Shown: positions 9,757-20,896 of the stretch, one piece after another
Layout of the letters: each line of letters begins with the position of its first letter
How positions within the stretch are numbered: the first letter of the stretch is position 1
NCBI GenBank assembly: GCA_050230475.1
Contig: JBFLGF010000082.1
Span: 62,001 to 83,458 of the forward strand
From: Ancylonema sp.
Taxonomy: Eukaryota
DNA length: 21,458 bases
Reading direction: 5' to 3'
Translations under genes and position numbers: made by a program
The notes under the pieces: generated by a model
Told to the model about the DNA's origin: nothing
Database searches by the model: none
Seen by the model: the letters and a program-made list of their open reading frames with translations, nothing else

Positions 9757-12700
9757 TACCAACAGAAATACAGAAGCGTCGACTGCAGGCCACGAGCCCC
9801 ACATTTCTGCGGAAGAGGAGGAGGACGCGCTCATCTCAGAGCTGGTAGGCGAATCAGGGGAGGGAGGGACAGTGGAGAGGGCGAAACTGCCAGCTGGCAA
9901 GGAGAGAAGGAAGGCGCGGGAGAGTGAGGTGGCACATGATGCTCTGTCCCTATTGGAGGACAAGTGGGAGGGGGGGAGGAAACTTGTGGCGCAGCGGAAA
10001 GGGGACGGGGGTGGGCTAGTCGGGAAATCGACGGGGAATGGTGGGGTTGGGGAGGGGATGGGGGGGGGTGGGGTTGGGGCGCCTGGGATACTTTTGCCGG
10101 GGGTCCGTTTGCCGGATCCGGAGGGGGCGAAAGTGTTGAGAGAACAGGCGCAAAAACTGAGGGCGGATTGTGTGAAGTTTAAAGAGGCGGGGCTGGGGGA
10201 TGCTGCAAGGAAAGCATTCAGGAAAGCAAAGGAATTGCAGAAGAAGGCAGAGGAGTTGGAACACCCGCCCGCCCCCCAACCTCCCGCCCGCCCTCCACTT
10301 ACCACCTCCAAGTCTGCTGCTGATGGTCTGAGAGGGAGTGGGGGGAAGAGAGTGGGGGCTGAGGCGCAGGGTAAGGGCGGGGCGAAGAACGAGGTGGAGG
10401 AAGAGATTATGAAGGAGTTGAAAGAGGTGGGGTGGAGTGAGGAGAAGGGGGAGGCGAGGGCGGGGGGGAAGGTTGGGCGGTTGGAGGCTCAGGCCAAGGC
10501 GCACAGAAGGGCGGCGCTGCAGTTTAAGAAAGAGGGCAAGAGGGCAGAGGCTTTAGAAGAGCTGCGGAAAGCGAAAGGGAATGACGCGCAGGTGGAAGAG
10601 GCGGTGCTGTTGGGGGAGGATGAGGACGATGACGTGGATCTTATCTTGGATGACAGGGACGACGAGGATGGTGACGTGGATCTGAAGAGGTTGATGGAGG
10701 AGCATGAGAGGTTGGAGGCGGGGAGGGCGAGGAGGGGGGTGAGAGGACAGGAGGAGATGGGGGGGGGGTGGTTGGACATGTCCATCCTGAATGATGTGGG
10801 GAGTGATGATGATGATGATGGGGGGGGGGATGATGTAGAGGTGGAGGTGGGGGACGAGGACATGAATGACCCGATCATGAACGCAATGTTGAGGGAGATG
10901 GGGTATAAGCAGGAGGGGGAGGAGGGGGGCCAGGCGGTGCGGGCGGCCAAGAGCGAGTTGGGGCCAGCCCGGTTGGCTGGGCTCAAGGCTGCTGCGGTTG
11001 GGCATGCAGAGACGAAAATTAGGGTGCAGGGGGAGATTCAGGGGCTGAGGAGGAAAGCCGCGAAACTGAAACAGGAGGGGAAGTTGAGGGAAGCGGTTGC
11101 TGAATTGAGGAAAGCAAAGGCGATGGAACAGGAGATGAATGAAATGGGTGCGCCAACTGAAGAGGGGGGGGGTGGGAGCAGGGGTGGGGGTGGGGGTGGG
11201 GGTGGGGGGGATGGTAAGGGGGGGGGGGGTCCTGATGGGCCTGTGGATATGGCTGCCATTCGGAAACTGATGGCGGGGGGGGGTGATGACGTGGAGGATG
11301 ACGACGATGACGTGGAGGTGACGGAAGATGACGAGGACGCCCCGGAAATGAAAGCGGCGCTGCGAGCCATGGGATTCGCCGAAGAGAATCCGAAACCGAA
11401 TCCGAATCCTGTGGCGCCCCTCAGGAGACCCTTGGGCGTTGTGGAGAGTAGGACTGGACCCAACTGGGTCCCTCCTCCCCCTCCTCTTCCTTCTCCTGCT
11501 GTGAGGGTGGGAGAAGGAGGAGGGGGGAGGGATGGGGAGGGGGAGGTGATGGGACTGAAGAGGGAGGCGGTAGCTCTGAAACGAGGTGGGGATCTGAGAG
11601 GGGCCTCGGAAAAGCTGCGTGAGGCCAAGGCAGTGGAGCATGAGGCAGAGGAGGAGAGGGGGAAGAGGGGGGCGGGGGGGGGGGGAGGGGCGAAGCAGCA
11701 GGAGGAGGAGGAGGAGGAAAAGGAAGAGGAAGAGGAGGAGGTGGATGTGACAGAAGATGACGAAAATGATCCTGTGATGATGGCAGTGTTGAAGGGCATG
11801 GGGTGGGAGAAGAAGGAGGAGAAGCCACCCCTTTTTGGTGCAAAGCCAACCAGTGGCGCAAATCCAATCCTGTCTGAGGAGGAGGATAGTACAAGGGAAA
11901 GGAGGAAGAATGAGGCCAGTGGACCATCTTCTCCTCCTCACCCCCCCCCTTCTTCGATTTCCCCCCCTTCAGTCGGTGGCACTGATTCCGACAAGTGGAG
12001 TGTTGGCGAGGTGAGGGAGGAAATCCGGCGGCACAAAGTGAGGGCTGTGGGGCTGAAGAGGGAGGGGGATATGGTGGAGGCAGGGAAAGCGTTGAGGAAA
12101 GCAAAGGTGTTGGAGCAGGAGCTGGAGGGGAGGCTGGAGAGGGAAGGAGGGGGAGGTGGGGGAGGGCAAGTAGAAAAAAGGGAGGATGGGAATGGAGGAG
12201 GATGGGGGCGTCGGCCTCCCCCAGTGGGGGAGGAAGCTTTTTGGGATGCCCCCCCCGCAAGTGTACAGAGGGATAGGCGAGGGGGGGTGGTAGAGGGTGG
12301 TGGAGGGCGGGTTGGGGTGGGGAGTGAAGGGAGACGGCCAGGGGGGGAGGAAAAGAGCTTGTTGGCCATACGAGCTTCTCTTACGGCGGACGGGTTTAGT
12401 GTGAGTGAGGGGGGGAATGAGAATCTCAGCATCCCAAAAACACACAACCCTAAACCCCAGCCTAGCCCAGTCCCAGAACTGGACAACAATGGGTGGAAAA
12501 CTGGAGGAGGAGGAGAAGCACTGCCCACCCCCCGGATATCTCTCGAGGGAGGGGTAGAACCACCCCTCCCTCCTCTTCATAACTCCACACCGAAGCCGCC
12601 ACCTCCCCCTCCTGTGCAGACGGCAGAGGGTGGGGGTGGGGCGGCGGGGGAGGCAGGGCCCCGCGTGGAGGATCTGTCTAGTGAGATTTTGAGTCATAAG

Positions 12701-13555
12701 AGAAGGGCGGTGGCGCTGAAGAGGGAGGGGAGGATCCAGGAGGCGAGGCAGGCGCTGGCACTAGCAAAGCAACTAGAGGGACAGGTGGCGTCCGTACAGG
12801 GACAGGGGGCGTCCGTAGAGAGTCGGAATGAGGTGCCCCCCCCCCCTCCACCTCCTCCCCCTCCTCCCCAGTCAATGCAGGAACCCGTAGCCGCACCTAA
12901 GAAGCCGGTGCCGGAAGATTTGGGGCTGGGGTGGGAGAAGGAGGTGGTGGAGTGGAAGCGAAAGGCTTTGTTACTAAAACGAGAGGGGAAGTTGGAAGAA
13001 GCTCGACTCGCGCTGAAGCAGGCGAAAGCGGTAGAGGCGGAGCACGCACAAGGTGCAATATCCGGGAAGGTCCCGGATGTGACGGGAGCAGAGCCCCCGA
13101 AGCCTGTGGCAACAAAGCCTCGACTATCCGCCCCAGATTCCGCCCCCGCCCCCCGAGCGGTTACTAGAAAACCCCCACCGCGAGCCGTCCGAAAGGAGGA
13201 GGAGGAGGATGGTATGGACGAGGAGGAGGAAGCGCGGTTGGACGCGTTGTTGTTTGGAAACCTGCAATCCTGGGGGTTGATGACGGGTGGGGGGGGTGGG
13301 CAACCGCGCCCAACTGCGCCCGCTCCCACGGCTCCCTCCAAATCAAAAGCGGCCCCTCAGGCGACCACACCCATTGCTGCTGGAAAATCGAGGGGGGGGG
13401 GGGGGTTGTATACCGGGGATAGGAGGACGGTGGAGGAGCAAGTGAAGGGCTTCAGAGTTCGGGCGTTGCAAATGAAGCGGGCGGGGACTAATGCGGAGGC
13501 ACTCGAGGCTTTGAGGTCCGCCAAACGGTTTGAGGCGCAACTTGCGTCGTTGTAG
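9711..13555 (+). CDS. FYVE4: FYVE4-like protein, exon 3 (eight DM14-like repeats, acidic motifs, Gly/Pro-rich linkers)
   Basis: Uninterrupted 3.8-kb frame. Phase-1 acceptor TGCCTTTGCAG| at 9710; an alternative in-phase CAG is at 9773. Repeated K(R/K)xAxxLK(R/K)EGxxxEAxxxL(R/K)xAKxxE units, and a C-terminus VRALQMKRAGTNAEALEALRSAKRFEAQLASL, match the At1g61690/FYVE4 architecture as I recall it. Confidence 0.88.
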
Positions 13556-13914
13556 TCGAGTGGTTGTTTGAATGCCTTTTGTTTGTATATTTGTCATATT
13601 TGTCAGGGCATGGCTGTCATTGCAATCGAGTTTGTGACGTATAATGTAACGTACGTGTTTAGTATTTGTTGATAAATGACTAAAGACGACTTACTCGCTT
13701 ACTAAACCTAAGATCATGGATATCACATGTGCTTATTTCACGTTATCTAGCAAAGAAGATTTGGAGTTCAAGCTCCTTTCACGAGCATATCGTGTAATTG
13801 ACATGTCCTTGCTTGATCTCCAAAAGCATGACAAAGCTTTTGCTATAGCGAAGTCGTCATTTAACACGTTTCACAACTTTGTCCCATGTTTTGCTACATA
13901 GACGGTGATGAAAA

Positions 13915-14458
13915 TAGGTGTATATGAGTCGGGCCCGATCCACCCGGATTCCCAATCCAGATCGGCACCGTATCGGAGATTCCCTGAACAGATCGGGCCC
14001 ACCTATGGTTGTGAGATTCTTTAATCTTGAACCGGTTCCTAGCCGGTCCCGGTTTTTTGAATACTGAAGGTTCAAACCCGGTTTAAAGTCTCGGGTTTTG
14101 TAGGGGTCCAAACAGCAACTCTCTAAATGTCTACCCATTTACATTAACTTACGTTATTCAGGTTTGGTTTGTGTGTTTTGGTGATTATGGTGCAACATCT
14201 TGGACACTCACATGCGGACGTGAGGTGTCTCTATTTCTACACACCTTCAATTGAGCCATTGAAAAGTGACTAGTCTACCCATGCCCAGTAACATTCGTGC
14301 AGCGACGAAGCGAATTGAAAAAAACTATGGACTATATGCACACATATTGCAGCTCATACGGGGTTTGCTCATATGATCCGCACATCATTATATATAAAAA
14401 ATGAAATAATAATATCTGCAAGCTCACTCTTCAATATCTAGGAAATATATCACACCTA
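13915..14458. mobile_element. Degenerate hAT-like remnant(s)
   Basis: Starts TAGGTGTATAT and ends ATATCACACCTA. Contains inverted GGGCCCGATC/GATCGGGCCC and CCGGTT-rich motifs. No matching TSD on the left. Confidence 0.35.
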
Positions 14459-14466
14459 CTCTCCTT

Positions 14467-15637
14467 CATAGTTGCACGAATCGGCTCTTTTTAATTTTTG
14501 GAACCGGTTTTGAGATGGAACCGTTTCGGAGACGGACGAACCATGTGATTTTAGGGTTTTTCTCCTTTCCGCGGTAGAACATTTTTCCCCTCCCAAAAAA
14601 TGAACGAGGGGAAAATAAATCAATGTACATGTCCATGTTGGTGACTCCAAGTCACTTTTTGACTCTTAAATTGTTAAGTATTTCATCGGGAAAATATGGC
14701 GCGGCCTCTGCAAGTTTTAATTTGCTGTCTTTCGCGCAATGGCTGGACGTGGTAAATAATTATACCGAATCAAGTTTGAAAGCATGTGATTCAGTACAAA
14801 AGTGATGTATCACAAGTATGCAAGTTTAAACATGCAAGTATAAATATGTTTAAAAACTATGTATAAAATCATCCATGTAAACAAGTAAAGTATAGTAAAG
14901 TGAACCCATGAATGAGTATATGAAGGCGTATGAATTCTTTTGTAGGCCTTTATTTGAGTTAATAGTGGTAGAGGGGTAAAAATAATAATATTGTTGTTGT
15001 TGATGATAGTAAGAATATGACAACACTAATTGTCATAACGATACAGATCATCATAACGGTACTTTCATTGGCCGAAAACAACACCCGACCTTCCACTCTG
15101 GCACACACATCCGACTTTGAAGAAGCAAGGGATGTGGAAGGTAGAGGAGAAGAGTAGAGTTATAAAAGCTATGTTAGAGCTTTGTGAGCACGATTTGAAA
15201 GAGGAAATACATGGAACGTTGAAGCATATCTCAAGCGCCATTAAATTACGGGTAAAATATATTCTCGCAAAATTTCACATGGAAGTATAACACGGAAATT
15301 GGAGTGAGGAAAGATGTATGGACCGGATATGAGCATAGGATGGTCATAAAAATATATACCCATTTCATTTAACTATTTGTACATAAATAGAAACACGGTT
15401 TGCAGAGAACCGAGCAAAACATACAAATGCAAAATCATGAGGGTGTACTCATGCGGGAAATCGTTTTGAGTTTTTTTTTACAATGGATATCAATTGTTTG
15501 ATAAAAAAAAAAAAAAAAAAAAAAAAAAACCGTGCTGTATAACCCCTCTAAATGACGTTCAAGTGAAAAATCATAAATCCTCCGGAAGATCCATCTAAGA
15601 TCCGGTTCTGAAACGGTTCGGAGTTCGTGCAACTATG
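14467..15637. mobile_element. Non-autonomous hAT-type element E
   Basis: Perfect 14-bp TIR CATAGTTGCACGAA. 8-bp TSD CTCTCCTT (14459-14466) / CTCGCCTT (15638-15645). AACCG/CGGTT subterminal motifs. Confidence 0.88.
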
Positions 15638-15815
15638 CTCGCCTTGACACGTGAGGCCCACACTTGGTGTGGGCCCCTCATTGACTCACGCGCTCACCCA
15701 CCCGCGCCTACTCCTTCGCCCCTACAGCGGTTAGAGGGATCGTTCAAGCCATATCTTTTTCTCACACTAGTTGGCCATGGAGTTGGTGTTGTGTTGGTGT
15801 TGGAGTGGTTGAACA

Positions 15816-16832
15816 CATAGTAGAATTCAAACGCGTAAGCGTAGTGAAAACGCAAAACGTCCAAACGTCAAAACGGCCCTTTTAGCCGTACGGACGCAAC
15901 ACCAAACGCCTGTTTAGACGCACATTTTCAAACGTCCGTACAGTGTACGACGGTTTGTCAAACGTCCGTACACGTTTTTTTTTTGTTTGTTTGTTTTTTC
16001 TTTTATTATATGATTTTTAATTTTTACATTAATCTCATTCTAAACATTGTACTTTCTTTTTTTTCTTTCTTTTTTTTATATGTAAAAAATAAATATATAA
16101 TTCTCTGGTGCTTTTGTCTTACAAATATATATTTTAGATTATTTCTCAATTATCCATTTTTTTCCCAACATTCTTCACTTCATTTTTTTTTCAAAAATCA
16201 TTCTCATCATTTTGGCTTTATATTAACTTATTCTCAAACAAAATTTGGCTTTGCTTGGGAAAGCGAGTTCCGATATTCCATAAGATCATCATTTTCTTTT
16301 TCCCAAAAAAAAAAAAAAACTCCACTTCGTTTTTTTTTTCATTTCACTGTACTACTCTCCCATCTCGACCAACATATCCGCGAACTTCTCAGGGCCATAA
16401 AATTTCACCATCATCCTAAAGTTGGTGAACACGTAGACTGTATCACTTGCTCTATACGGAGTTAACTTGTTTCTCTTCTTGTTATGTATAAAGGAAGAAT
16501 CACTACTTTTATGCCTTCTGGTCGCTAGAGCTATCATTAACTTATCGTTTTGATAAGCTTGGAGGCATTCTTATCCAGATGCGAAACCTCGTAGTAAGGT
16601 GCCGCATCGGAAAATACATAGGACGTCATGTCTTTTCAATGACGTACCCACATCCCCTAACCTCTATCCGAGAGATCCAGCCAATCATTTCTAGCCGGGC
16701 CCAGATTCAGCAATTTTGAGAGGTGCAAAAAAAGTTTTTAAAAAAACATTTTTGGCCGTATGGGCGTATGCCACATGTCCGCGTTTGGCAAACGCCATTT
16801 GGGCCGATTTTTGCCGTTTGCATGCTACTATG
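15816..16832 (-). mobile_element. Internally deleted hAT element F
   Basis: TIRs CATAGTAGAATTCAAACG and (reverse complement) CATAGTAGCATGCAAACG. Perfect 8-bp TSD GTTGAACA (15808-15815, 16833-16840). AAACG subterminal repeats. Carries a transposase remnant on the minus strand. Confidence 0.92.
16352..16537 (-). pseudogene. hAT transposase C-terminal dimerisation-domain fragment
   Basis: SFIHNKKRNKLTPYRASDTVYVFTNFRM resembles the plant hAT motif F..IH(S/T)KKRNRL...R..DLV(F/Y)V..NLR. Confidence 0.8.
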
Positions 16833-16998
16833 GTTGAACATGTCATCTTCTCTATCTTACGTACTTTAGCGGCGATGTTAAATCTTACTTAAACGAAGAC
16901 CCGATTTCAATGCCAATGCACTGATTGTATATTGGAGACGTGAATGAATACACAAGTGTATGTATAGGTGAGGCGATGACATGAGTAGAGGAGTAGAT

Positions 16999-17439
16999 TG
17001 TTAGGAGTGGAATATGATGGAGCTCCTAGCAATCTGGGTTGCAAATGCACACACAAGATGATGGCGAGAATGAGTCGATAGGATAGAGGGGAATTAGCCG
17101 ATGGTCAAAATGGTCGGGTTGTTATGGTAGGGGCACAAGGTGCAAGTACAAGAGTTGATCAGGATGCATAATGAGCACTCCTGAATGGTATAAATACTAG
17201 ACTGAATCTAGGGTCGGAAGTGATCTCGCTATAAAGGAAAACTGAAGAGCGGCAATCACTCGATACAAGGACAAACTGGAAGATAGGGCCTAACAAAAGC
17301 TTAACTAATGATGAGGTCTAATAACCAAAATAGGACCTAATTACTAGGCGACCGGGATAAATAGCTAAGAGCTAGCAAAGGTTAGGGCACTCTCTAGCTA
17401 GGGTAACCCTAGCTAGGGACAATAGAGAGAGTCCTAACA
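16999..17439. mobile_element. Solo LTR (441 bp)
   Basis: TGTTAGGA...TCCTAACA 8-bp inverted termini with a perfect 5-bp TSD TAGAT (16994-16998, 17440-17444). No internal coding sequence. Confidence 0.88.
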
Positions 17440-17565
17440 TAGATGGTCACAAGAATAGGCATTTGATTTTTTGTGACTTATTAGGATTTTGATAACTTTA
17501 ATAACTTTGATAAAATTTGTATAAAGGAATACTATCTAAAGGAACAACTGTTAGTTTTTAGGGGC

Positions 17566-17973
17566 TGTGAACTTTTGTCGTTATATCGATTTTAGCAATA
17601 CCGGGAATTTAGCTTTCGTTTTGTCGTTGTTCAGCAAATGCAGGCTGCAGGCCGGCTGCAGGCCGATGTCCTTGTTTCAAAGATTACTTGGCCATCTGGC
17701 ACAAGTGTCGATAAGAACAAGTTGATGTGGCAGAATGCTTAGATATGATTGGCAGTTGACTAAGTAGTTTCGACATCAGTAGATCCTTTGACCAGGCAGC
17801 AATCGACTATACTAGGTCTGGGCTTGCATGCTAAATTATGTGATCAATACTTTCTACTTCAAACTTACACTTTTGTTGTGTCAACGTTTGTAATGACGTG
17901 ATCTGCTTGATTCAAAGAGATTAAGAAGAAGTGAACTTTATTATTGCATCGATGGCATAAGAAAGTTCTCACA
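17566..17973 (+). repeat. 5' LTR of the copia element (408 bp)
   Basis: TGTGAACTTT...AAAGTTCTCACA imperfect inverted termini, ending 1 nt before the PBS. The left boundary is inferred from the terminal match only. Confidence 0.7.
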
Positions 17974-19486
17974 GTGGTATCAGAGCACGGTACTGCATTC
18001 TAGATGAAGATAAAGTTACCTTTCAAGCATGGAGATCTAAGGCCTCAGCTACTCTTGATGATGCCGAGTGCCTTGAGATCTGCAAAGGAATAGAGACTAT
18101 TCCAAGTGAGGTTACAACCAGATTTGATGATGATCACTGGCCAATAAATGAGGCAGAAATGGAGCGGTACACACTTGATGTCAAAAGCTTCCGCAAAAGA
18201 TCAAAGAAGGCAGTCAGCTACTCATGCAACTCGTCAGTGATGACATCGCTACATCACTTGAACAATTTGAACGAGATCCAAAGGCGATGTGGGACTATCT
18301 GACAGAGGAGTATGACAAGGTGTCTCCAGAACTTCGACAGATTGCAAAAGAAAAGCTGAAATCTTTCAAGATCGATGAAAAGATGCCAGTCAGAGATATC
18401 AAGAATACTTTTATGTCGATCATCAGAGAGTGTGTACATCAAAAATTTACAGTCAACGCAGAAGATCAGGTGATGGCATTGTTTGCTCGCATGTCAAGAA
18501 CAAAATACGGCATGTTGAAGAAGCTTTATTATGGACAGAAAGAGGCACCTGGGATCAGCTGGATCTGGAGGCAGATGGGAATGGATGAGCTGGACGACAA
18601 GAAAGAAAAAGATGTCAAAGATGCTGAGGCACTAGTTGTAGAGGCAATGGTCAGCGCAACAAAAAAGTTCAAGTTTTTTTCAAGCCAGGGCAGAGGTGGT
18701 GGCATCGACAATCGTGGAGGCAGGGGTACATTTAGGAGGTATTCAGCAGATAATCGTGGAGTCAGAGGTGGTCGTGGAGGCAGAGGTGGAGGCATTGGAT
18801 CAAGTGGAGGACACTCATGCTATACTTGTGGAAGGACAGGTCACTACAACAGAGGCTGCTCCAAGAAAAACGAAGAATGCAGATATTGTGGAGCCATTGG
18901 TCATGTGGAATTCACGTGTTTCGACAAGAAAAACGAAGCTCCACGAATGCAAAGAAAGGGGGTACGCACTGGGAGAAAAACAGCTTACGTTGGTGAAATC
19001 GATGAGGAGGAGAGCTGTGGTCATGGAGAAGCTATCATCGCTGAAATTTGTGAAGGAAATGTTGCAGATAATGATGATGCAGACAAAGATTTCCTTTTCG
19101 ACGATGGTTCCAGTCACCATTCTTGTGGACAGAAAAATCTTTTCATAATCCTCGAAGACATTCCACACGAGGTCATCATGCATCATCTGGTCGGAAGTGT
19201 GCGAGTGAAGCAGTGGGGAACAATTGAGCTGAATACTGAGGGAGAATGTGGAGGAGTAACACTCAAGAAATGTTTGTACATTCCTGGGAGGCGCATTAAT
19301 CTGTTCAGCGGTCATAAAGCCAGAGAAGCAGGGTGGTCTTACACTTGCAGTGGAGCGACGTCGACTGGTGGCGGCATCAGTCCAGTTTACAGCAAATCTG
19401 GACAACAAGTCTGCACTGTGCAAGAAACATCGACAGGTCGAAAAACTCTAATCTGCACACCGGTTCGACATCAGCAATTTTACTGA
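17952..19486 (+). pseudogene. gag: copia gag + aspartic protease (stop at 17958, frameshift near 18222)
   Basis: The ILDEDKVTFQAWRSKASATLDDAECLEICKG frame shifts into ORF 18224-19486. That ORF has AMWDYL, an RGG-rich tract, two CCHC knuckles (CYTCGRTGHYNRGC, CRYCGAIGHVEFTC) and protease-like FLFDDGSSHH...LYIPG..INLFS. Confidence 0.9.
17975..17986 (+). other. Primer binding site (tRNA-iMet)
   Basis: TGGTATCAGAGC, the canonical complement of the initiator Met tRNA 3' end, directly after the LTR CA. Confidence 0.95.
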
Positions 19487-20473
19487 AGGGGAAGCTGTTG
19501 TAGCTGCTGTCGAAATCAACCTCTTGCACACAAGAATTGGGCATGCAAATGAGAGAGTGCTCAAAAATGACGAGGACTGGAAGGAGGCATCTCTGGAAGG
19601 AGGCATCTCAGGAGTTCTGCAAAACTGTGAAGGGTGCAAGCTGGGGACGGCACACGACAAACCTCATCCTCGACGAGAAGCTGGTGCAGGAGAACAAGTC
19701 TGCCTGGGAAGAGTGTCGGTGGACTTGGCAGGGCCGTTCACAATCCAGCATCAATAGGGGGAGGAGTGTACAACATGGTGCTCGTCGATGAATACAACCG
19801 AAAATCCTGGGTGGAAATACTTCGAAGCAAAGATGATGCAGCTCCTCGTCTGAAGCAATGGATCGCAATCTGGGAGAGACAAGCTGGGAAACCTGTCAAA
19901 AATCTGAGATCAGATCAAGGAGGAGAATTCATCGATGGTGATCTGCAGAAGTGGCTCAAAAACAGAGGCATTAGACATGAGACAACTCCGCCAAACACTC
20001 CTCAAGGCAATGCAATCACAGAGCACATGAATTGTACGTTGCAAGACAAGGCTCGCTCTGTGCTTTTGCACATGCAACTTCCTCCTGGTCTATGGGCAGA
20101 AGCAATCTCCTTAGCCTCATACCTCAGAAATCGATGTCAAGTCATCGGTCTTCCAAGAACTCCATAAGAGATGTGGTTAGGAGAGGTTCCAAAGGTTGAT
20201 CATCTTCGATCATTCGGTTGCAAAGTCTATGTGCGACTAGAGAAACAAGATCGGGCAAGGAAAATGAGTGCGCTGGCATGGCTCGGTGTGTTAGTTGGAT
20301 GGAATCCCGACAGCCCTTGCTACCGAGTTTGGGATCCTGCAACGAACAAAGTACACAACGTTGGCACTAGTCATGCAGACTTCGATGAATCTGTCAAACC
20401 AAACTGGTGGAGGGGACAAAAAAATGGCAAGAAGGCAAGAGTGCATGAGCCAGTTGCAGAAACAAAAATGTAA
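19487..20473 (+). pseudogene. pol: copia integrase (fragmented)
   Basis: HHCC motif LHTRIGH...CEGCKLG, then VDLAGP, VLVDEY, LRSDQGGEF, PQGNAITEH, LWAEA and RSFGCKVYV...YRVWDP. There is a frameshift near 19745 and a stop at 20165-20167. Confidence 0.93.
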
Positions 20474-20896
20474 TGGCCAGATCTGGATGCAGCTGATCAA
20501 GGAGTAGGAGGGGGTAGTGTTGATCTGGGAGGGGGCAATTCTGGAGGTGGGCAACCTGCCAATGGCGATCCATTTTTTTTCGATGAAGAGATCCCTGATG
20601 CTGTGGGAAATCCATTACCACAACTTCCGAGATCTCCTCTTCCTCAGAGTGCGGATCTTCCTGAACTTGTCAGCACTTCTAGTGGAGACGATGAGGACGA
20701 AAATCACCTGGAAGATGCCCCAGAATGGTCTCAAGATGATGCTACTCCTCTTAATCCACTTGGTGTGATGGACGATTTGATTTTTCTGAACATTCTATCG
20801 ATGATCTAGACTATGACCCTCGGCATGTTCGTCGATCTGCAAGGGAGAATAGAGGAATGCATCCCAACAATTTTTGCTTTTGTTGTCAACTTGTAG

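Noticed and set aside
9716..13555. Treating the 1279-aa ORF as a complete single-exon gene
   Set aside because: It starts at GTG, and the FYVE finger is on two upstream exons joined by GT-AG introns in compatible phases.
9628..13597. Long minus-strand and alternative-frame ORFs overlapping exon 3
   Set aside because: These are Pro/Ser/Leu-rich shadows of a G-rich, stop-poor coding strand, with no recognisable domains.
15502..15529. Poly(A) run as a LINE/SINE tail (also 190-211)
   Set aside because: No TSD, Pol III boxes or RT remnant next to either run; treated as simple homopolymers.
15983..16465. 160-aa Phe-rich plus-strand ORF
   Set aside because: Translation of T-rich non-coding sequence antisense to the hAT transposase 3' region.
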